From: Elusimicrobiota bacterium
Lineage (GTDB): Bacteria; Elusimicrobiota; Endomicrobiia; Endomicrobiales; JBDRNC01
Reading direction: 5' to 3'
Assembly (NCBI GenBank): GCA_043811535.1
Contig: JBDRNC010000018.1
Span: forward strand, 108,455 to 172,454
DNA length: 64,000 nt
The notes below the pieces were generated by a model that was not told the origin of the DNA, made no database searches, and saw only the letters and a list, made by a program, of their open reading frames with translations. The translations under genes were made by a program, and so were the position numbers. Shown piece after piece: positions 58,246-64,000 of the stretch (the stretch's first letter is position 1; the number at the start of each line of letters is the position of its first letter).

Positions 58246-58836
58246 TTGTCTGCTGACAATAAACAATGCCTTCGACGCGAACAGGTTAGGCAGGAAGCGT
58301 ATCCTGAAGCTTCCGCCGAAATAGGCCGTTTCAAGTATTTTCACGCCTTTCCACGCGCAGAACGATTTAAAATCCTTAATGCTCCAGAAATGCAGGTTCG
58401 GCGTGTTAAACCATTGATGGGGCAGTGAAAACGTAACGGGCGCCTTGCCTCCGAAAAAAAGCATGAAGCGCGACTTAAAAAAGGCAAAGTTCGGAAAACT
58501 CACGATGACCTTCTTGCCGACTCTCAATGATTCGTTCAGGACGTACTGGATATTCTTGACTTCCTGAAGCGTTTCGTTGAGCAGGACGTAGTCAAAGGAC
58601 TGGTCCGGGTAGTCGCGCAGGCCCGTGTCCAGGTCGCCGTGAAATACATTTATATCTTTCTCAACGCACCTGCTTACGGACTCCTGGCTGATTTCCACTC
58701 CCTGGCCGTTTACATTCTTCTCTTTTATCAGTTGCGACAAGAGATCCCCGTCGCCGCATCCCAGGTCAAGCACCGAGGATCCGGGTTCAACCATATCAAC
58801 CACTATCCTATGTCCAATTTTGAGTCTACTTGCCAT
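58243..58836 (-). CDS. metW: Methionine biosynthesis protein MetW (class I SAM-dependent methyltransferase fold)
   Basis: [12 protein letters not shown]. About 197 aa. Overlaps metX by 11 nt, a classic metXW arrangement. Confidence 0.7.
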   Translation of the reverse strand: MASRLKIGHRIVVDMVEPGSSVLDLGCGDGDLLSQLIKEKNVNGQGVEISQESVSRCVEKDINVFHGDLDTGLRDYPDQSFDYVLLNETLQEVKNIQYVLNESLRVGKKVIVSFPNFAFFKSRFMLFFGGKAPVTFSLPHQWFNTPNLHFWSIKDFKSFCAWKGVKILETAYFGGSFRIRFLPNLFASKALFIVSRQ

Positions 58837-60013
58837 TGCCGGCCTCCGCCTGTGTCTTTTTCAGAAAATGTTTCACCAGACGCGTCTCTTCCGCGAATTC
58901 AAGAAGGAAGGCGTCATGCCCGTAAGTTGAATGTATCTTGCAGTACGTCGCGTTCATGTTCCGGCTTTTCAGCAGGCGTACGATTTCTTCCGACTGCGCG
59001 GCCGGATAAAGCCAGTCCGACTCGAACGCTATAATGAGAAAGCGCGTGTTTATCCTGGCGCCCGGCTTTATCAATTTGCTGCCGGACAGATCCAGGTAAT
59101 CCATCGCCTTCGTCAAATAAAGATACGAGTTCGCGTCAAACCGCTTCACGAAGCTGTCGCCCCGGTACCGAAGGTAGCCCTCAACCTCGAAGTCCTGCTT
59201 GAAGCTGTAAGTATATCCCTTATCTTTCAATTTGCGGGAAAACTTCTCTTCCATGGACTGCTCGCTCATGTAGGTAATGTGGCCGATCATGCGCGCGAGC
59301 GCCAGTCCTTTTTCGGGCTGGCCGTAATCGTAATAGTCGCCGCCGCGCCAGTCCGGATCGGACATAATGGCCTGCCTGCCGACCTCGCTGAGCGCGATCT
59401 GCTGGGGATTATGTTTCAGCGTCGTGGCTATGGCTATCACGCTCTCGACTTTATCGGGATAGGTAGCCACCCACTTGAGCGCCTGCATACCGCCCATGGA
59501 GCCGCCCGTGACGCTCAGCAGTTTCTCTATGCCGAGGTGTTCCACAAGCTTCAGTTGGGCGTTTACCATATCCTTTATTACGAATATCGGGAAATCCAGC
59601 GCGTAATACGTGCCGCTGGCCGGATTTTTTGAGGATGGGCCGGTCGTGCCCTTGCAGCCGCCCAGCACGTTCGAACAGATGACGAAGTACTTGTCGGTGT
59701 CAAAGGCCTTGCCGGGACCTATCATATCGTTCCACCAGCCGGGCTTACTGGAGCCGCTTTCTCCTTTATTTTCGCGACGTCCCGTCTCATTGAGATCGTC
59801 ACCCTCGTGGAAACCCGCGACGTGCGCGTCGCCCGTAAGGGCATGACAGACAAGTATGGCGTTGTCCTTCTTCTGATTCAGCTTGCCGTAGGTTTCATAG
59901 GCGACAGTAACCGGCCCGAGCGTCTTTCCGGATTCGAGTTTTAGCGAATCGAAAGTGAAGTACTTGGTTTCAACGATGCCCAGATTGTTTTTGTTCTTTT
60001 CTTTGTCGATCAT
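58826..60013 (-). CDS. metX: Homoserine O-acetyltransferase
   Basis: Alpha/beta hydrolase with the MetX signature ([25 protein letters not shown]). Confidence 0.9.
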   Translation of the reverse strand: MIDKEKNKNNLGIVETKYFTFDSLKLESGKTLGPVTVAYETYGKLNQKKDNAILVCHALTGDAHVAGFHEGDDLNETGRRENKGESGSSKPGWWNDMIGPGKAFDTDKYFVICSNVLGGCKGTTGPSSKNPASGTYYALDFPIFVIKDMVNAQLKLVEHLGIEKLLSVTGGSMGGMQALKWVATYPDKVESVIAIATTLKHNPQQIALSEVGRQAIMSDPDWRGGDYYDYGQPEKGLALARMIGHITYMSEQSMEEKFSRKLKDKGYTYSFKQDFEVEGYLRYRGDSFVKRFDANSYLYLTKAMDYLDLSGSKLIKPGARINTRFLIIAFESDWLYPAAQSEEIVRLLKSRNMNATYCKIHSTYGHDAFLLEFAEETRLVKHFLKKTQAEAGNGK

Positions 60014-60023
60014 CTGATATCCT

Positions 60024-60473
60024 TTAAATGCTGTAATCCAGCACGCCGTAAGAATGCAGTTTCCGCGCCTTGTCGGCTATATCCTGAAATGTCGTATTGT
60101 CGGCAACTTCGTTCACCCGGTCCCTTATTTCCTCGAAATAGCCCCTGAATGCGCATCTCTTCTCGAAATTGCATTTCGCGTGTTCGGACTTGCTTACGCA
60201 GGTTATAGGCGAAGTCGGACCTTCCATAAGCCGGATAATCTCCCCCATGGTTATCTGCGAAGGCGGTTTTGACAGAGTAACACCGCCCTTCGGTCCCCTT
60301 GTGGTCTTCACGTATTTCGCCGATTTAAGAATAGTTATTATCTGCTCAAGGAACTTCTCCGGAATATCCTGCCTTTTAGAGATATCCTTGATCTGGGCAA
60401 TTCCATGCCCGTAATTCAGCGAAAGGTCGAGGATTATTTTCAGGGCATAATCGCCCTTAAATGAAACTTTCAT
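60024..60473 (-). CDS. Rrf2 family transcriptional regulator (IscR/CymR-like, 3 Cys cluster)
   Basis: Winged-helix N-terminus plus [16 protein letters not shown]. Tandem heptad repeats lie upstream. Confidence 0.8.
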   Translation of the reverse strand: MKVSFKGDYALKIILDLSLNYGHGIAQIKDISKRQDIPEKFLEQIITILKSAKYVKTTRGPKGGVTLSKPPSQITMGEIIRLMEGPTSPITCVSKSEHAKCNFEKRCAFRGYFEEIRDRVNEVADNTTFQDIADKARKLHSYGVLDYSI

Positions 60474-60636
60474 ATTATTCCGTGTCCTAGAATATTAACT
60501 GAATGGACTTTAATTATACAAAAATTATACAAATATTATGCACTTTACCCAAATGTAAGTTGACGGTTGACTGTTGACTGTTGACAAAGATTAAGAGTTT
60601 TACCGTCCATCTGTCATCTGTGAACTGTCAACGCTG

Positions 60637-61563
60637 TTATTCGCTAAAGAGCCATGTCGACAGGTATCTCTCGCCCGAATCGGGTAAAAGAACTACTATT
60701 GTTTTTCCCGCTGTTTCGGGGCGTTTTGTCACTTCAAGCGCCGTCCAGAGAGCCGCGCCGCTCGATATTCCGGCAAGGATGCCTTCTTCCTTCGCAAGCC
60801 TCCTTGCAGTAATGCCTGCGTTTTCGGTAGTTACCTGTATTATCTCATCCACAACTTTAATATTCAGCACAACTGGGACAAAACCGGCGCCTATCCCCTG
60901 CAGTTTATGCGGGCCGGGCTTACCTCCGGACAAAATCGGAGAATCCTGCGGCTCAACGGCTATTATTTTGACTCCTGGCTTCTTTCTCTTCAATACCTCT
61001 CCGACACCTGTAATCGTTCCTCCGGTCCCGACTCCGGCGATGAAATAATCTACGTTCCCATCTGTGTCGTCCCATATCTCTTCGGCCGTGGTTTTCCTGT
61101 GTATCTCAGGATTGACCGGATTGTTGAACTGCTGGGGCATGAAGCTGTGCGGGGTCGTTTTGGCAAGCTCATCCGCTTTATCAATCGCGCCGCGCATGCC
61201 CTTGGTCCCGTCGGTAAGCACGATTTCCGCGCCCAGTATTTTAAGCAGCTGCCTGCGTTCAACGCTCATGGTTTCAGGCATAGTAAGTATCAATTTATAT
61301 CCTTTCGCGGCGGCAACGAACGCCAGCGCGATGCCGGTGTTCCCGCTTGTCGGCTCAATTATGACGGTGTCTTCCTTAATTAAACCTTTTTTCTCGGCGT
61401 CCTCTATCATCGCCAGGCCTATCCTGTCTTTCACGCTTGACAAAGGATTGAACGACTCCACTTTGAGCAGAATCGACGCCTTCGCGCCCCGAGACATTCG
61501 GTTCAGCCTTACGAGCGGCGTGTTGCCGATTGTTTTTGTTATGTCTGAATAGATTTTTGACAT
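60637..61563 (-). CDS. cysK: Cysteine synthase A (O-acetylserine sulfhydrylase)
   Basis: PLP-lysine motif [11 protein letters not shown] and the TSGNTG and GxGTGGT loops. It has the conserved leader. Confidence 0.9.
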   Translation of the reverse strand: MSKIYSDITKTIGNTPLVRLNRMSRGAKASILLKVESFNPLSSVKDRIGLAMIEDAEKKGLIKEDTVIIEPTSGNTGIALAFVAAAKGYKLILTMPETMSVERRQLLKILGAEIVLTDGTKGMRGAIDKADELAKTTPHSFMPQQFNNPVNPEIHRKTTAEEIWDDTDGNVDYFIAGVGTGGTITGVGEVLKRKKPGVKIIAVEPQDSPILSGGKPGPHKLQGIGAGFVPVVLNIKVVDEIIQVTTENAGITARRLAKEEGILAGISSGAALWTALEVTKRPETAGKTIVVLLPDSGERYLSTWLFSE

Positions 61564-61625
61564 GGAACACCTCCTGTGTTGTTTTATATTGCCTTATGTG
61601 ACATCCCCGCAGCGAAGCGGAGCGG
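61564..61625 (-). promoter_or_regulatory. Conserved 5' leader motif copy upstream of cysK (Shine-Dalgarno inside the AACAC/GUGUU hairpin loop)
   Basis: GGATGTCACATAAGGCAATATAAAACAACACAGGAGGTGTTCC-ATG. Confidence 0.55.
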
Positions 61626-61645
61626 GATTTTAACCTCCGGAAAAT

Positions 61646-61697
61646 GATTACACTGATTTCAAACAGAGATTACACTGATTATAATCTGTGTAATCGT
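61646..61697. repeat. GATTACAC 13-mer array upstream of the cysK leader, with a 28-bp near-perfect palindrome GATTACACTGATTATAATCTGTGTAATC
   Basis: Seen directly. Confidence 0.75.
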
Positions 61698-61715
61698 AGT
61701 TAATAATCGGTGAAA

Positions 61716-63075
<1,360 letters not shown>

Positions 63076-63346
63076 AAGCTCGTTCTATTCCCTAATCATT
63101 AATCTCTATTACTAGCTTCTACACATTCGCTTCATATTATTCCTCCCCCGATAAAGTCGGGGCCCGCCGAGAATTAGTGGCGGGCTATGCCTATTTTGTC
63201 TATCTTCTTAATAGACATTATAGTATATGGCCTGTTATTTGTCAATAGGGCAATTAAAATAGTTTTATTGTGAAATAATACTGCTAATTACCGCAATTTT
63301 CCGACGATTATTTACTAAATTCATGGAATCATGTATAATGTACACA

Positions 63347-64000
63347 ATGAAACGGAAGATTAACATCCTATTCAGGTGGCTTCCCAATAACCACTATACA
63401 ATCTCAGCCCTTATCGGCCTTCTTGACGACCGCCTTGATCCTGATAAGTTCCATATCAGCACGCTCGAACACGTCTCTGAAGCCTGGAGCCCAAAATCCG
63501 GCACCATCCTCGCTTACTCATTCATGTCGCCTGATTTCCACAAAGTATCCAAAGAGATCCAAAACTTCAAAAGAGAATACGGGAATAAACTCACTATAAT
63601 ATGCGGAGGCCCGCACGCGACTGCCCGTCCGGAAGAAACCCTTGAGGCCGGAGCTGATTTTGTCTTTACGGGAGAAGCCGAAGAATCGCTCCCGGATTTC
63701 ATTAAAATATTCGCCGACAAACCTGAAAGTATTAAGAAAAGAATAATAGAATCGTCCCCTTTGAAGGATTTTGACGTTTACCCCCCCTTCGCTTACAAAA
63801 GAAAGTTTTTCGGTCCCATGGAACTGAGGCGCGGGTGCTCGAACAGATGCGTATTCTGTCAAACCCCGTGTATTTTCCCTATAATAAGGGAACACAGCGT
63901 TGAATACGTGCTAAAATACTCCAAATACATCAAAGACGCGGGCCGTGAAAGGGTTTTTTTCACGATTTCAGACGCGCTGGCGTGCGGCTCCAAAAACGGA
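63347..64000 (+). CDS. B12-binding domain radical SAM protein (partial; continues beyond window end)
   Basis: Hand translation: MKRKINIL...KLTIICGGPHATARPEE (cobalamin-binding fold), then CSNRCVFCQTPC (CxxxCxxC). The promoter TTTACT-N17-TATAAT at 63309-63337 places the TSS just upstream. Confidence 0.6.
   Translation, partial: MKRKINILFRWLPNNHYTISALIGLLDDRLDPDKFHISTLEHVSEAWSPKSGTILAYSFMSPDFHKVSKEIQNFKREYGNKLTIICGGPHATARPEETLEAGADFVFTGEAEESLPDFIKIFADKPESIKKRIIESSPLKDFDVYPPFAYKRKFFGPMELRRGCSNRCVFCQTPCIFPIIREHSVEYVLKYSKYIKDAGRERVFFTISDALACGSKNG

Noticed and set aside
63736-63760. Partial copy of the GGGGACGG terminator repeat (AATAGAATCGTCCCCTTTG) inside the B12-radical SAM CDS
   Set aside because: It matches only one arm, with no inverted partner, so it is most likely a chance similarity within coding sequence.

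Overview
This 64 kb window is bacterial chromosomal DNA at roughly 50% GC. It is gene-dense, with about 57 CDS and roughly 90% of them on the minus strand. I found no rRNA, tRNA, CRISPR array or intact transposase, so it reads as core genome peppered with short repeats, with one probable horizontal insertion. Gene content points to an anaerobe or microaerotolerant organism.

The CDS fall into these neighbourhoods:
1. 1-7 kb: housekeeping genes, namely a PpiC-type peptidyl-prolyl isomerase lipoprotein, Mfd, a membrane-fused spermidine-synthase-like protein and a GNAT acetyltransferase.
2. 7-15 kb: a secreted-glycosidase neighbourhood (GH5, two other glycoside-hydrolase/CAZyme-like proteins, an orphan sensor kinase and two tiny paralogous membrane-protein genes).
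3. 16-19 kb: MscS and a MATE transporter.
4. 19-22.4 kb: an AmmeMemoRadiSam three-domain system in an unusual membrane/secretion-tagged form.
5. 22.7-24.6 kb: the amtB-glnK pair.
6. 25-27.6 kb: an 861-aa protein carrying a PEP/pyruvate-binding (PPDK_N) domain.
7. 27.8-30.4 kb: 2-oxoacid:ferredoxin oxidoreductase KorAB.
8. 30.4-39.3 kb: a large peroxide/oxygen-defence island (rubrerythrin, desulfoferrodoxin, TrxB, glutaredoxin, ferritin-likes, flavodiiron protein, ferritin, rubredoxin, Fur/PerR, CopA).
9. 39-44 kb: SPFH, TerC, CcdA with a TlpA-like thioredoxin, NadA.
10. 44-48 kb: a GT-C glycosyltransferase, then thiE-thiM behind a TPP riboswitch.
11. 48-55 kb: EngB, Smr, a DUF2132 protein, and a czcB/czcA heavy-metal RND pair split by an AT-rich two-gene insertion carrying an ORF6N protein.
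12. 55-63 kb: a sulfur cluster (nifU, nifS, mnmA, metW, metX, an Rrf2 regulator, cysK, metY).
13. 63.3-64 kb: a partial B12-binding radical SAM gene.

The most unusual content is non-coding, and I think that is where the undescribed biology in this window lies:
1. Two copies of a roughly 100-nt leader that look like an ANTAR-type terminator/antiterminator attenuator.
2. A conserved roughly 45-nt 5' leader shared by at least eight unrelated genes.
3. Helically phased arrays of a 13-mer, GATTACACWGATT, in at least ten intergenic regions.
4. Several further families of dispersed palindromic repeats, some inserted in-frame into a CDS.
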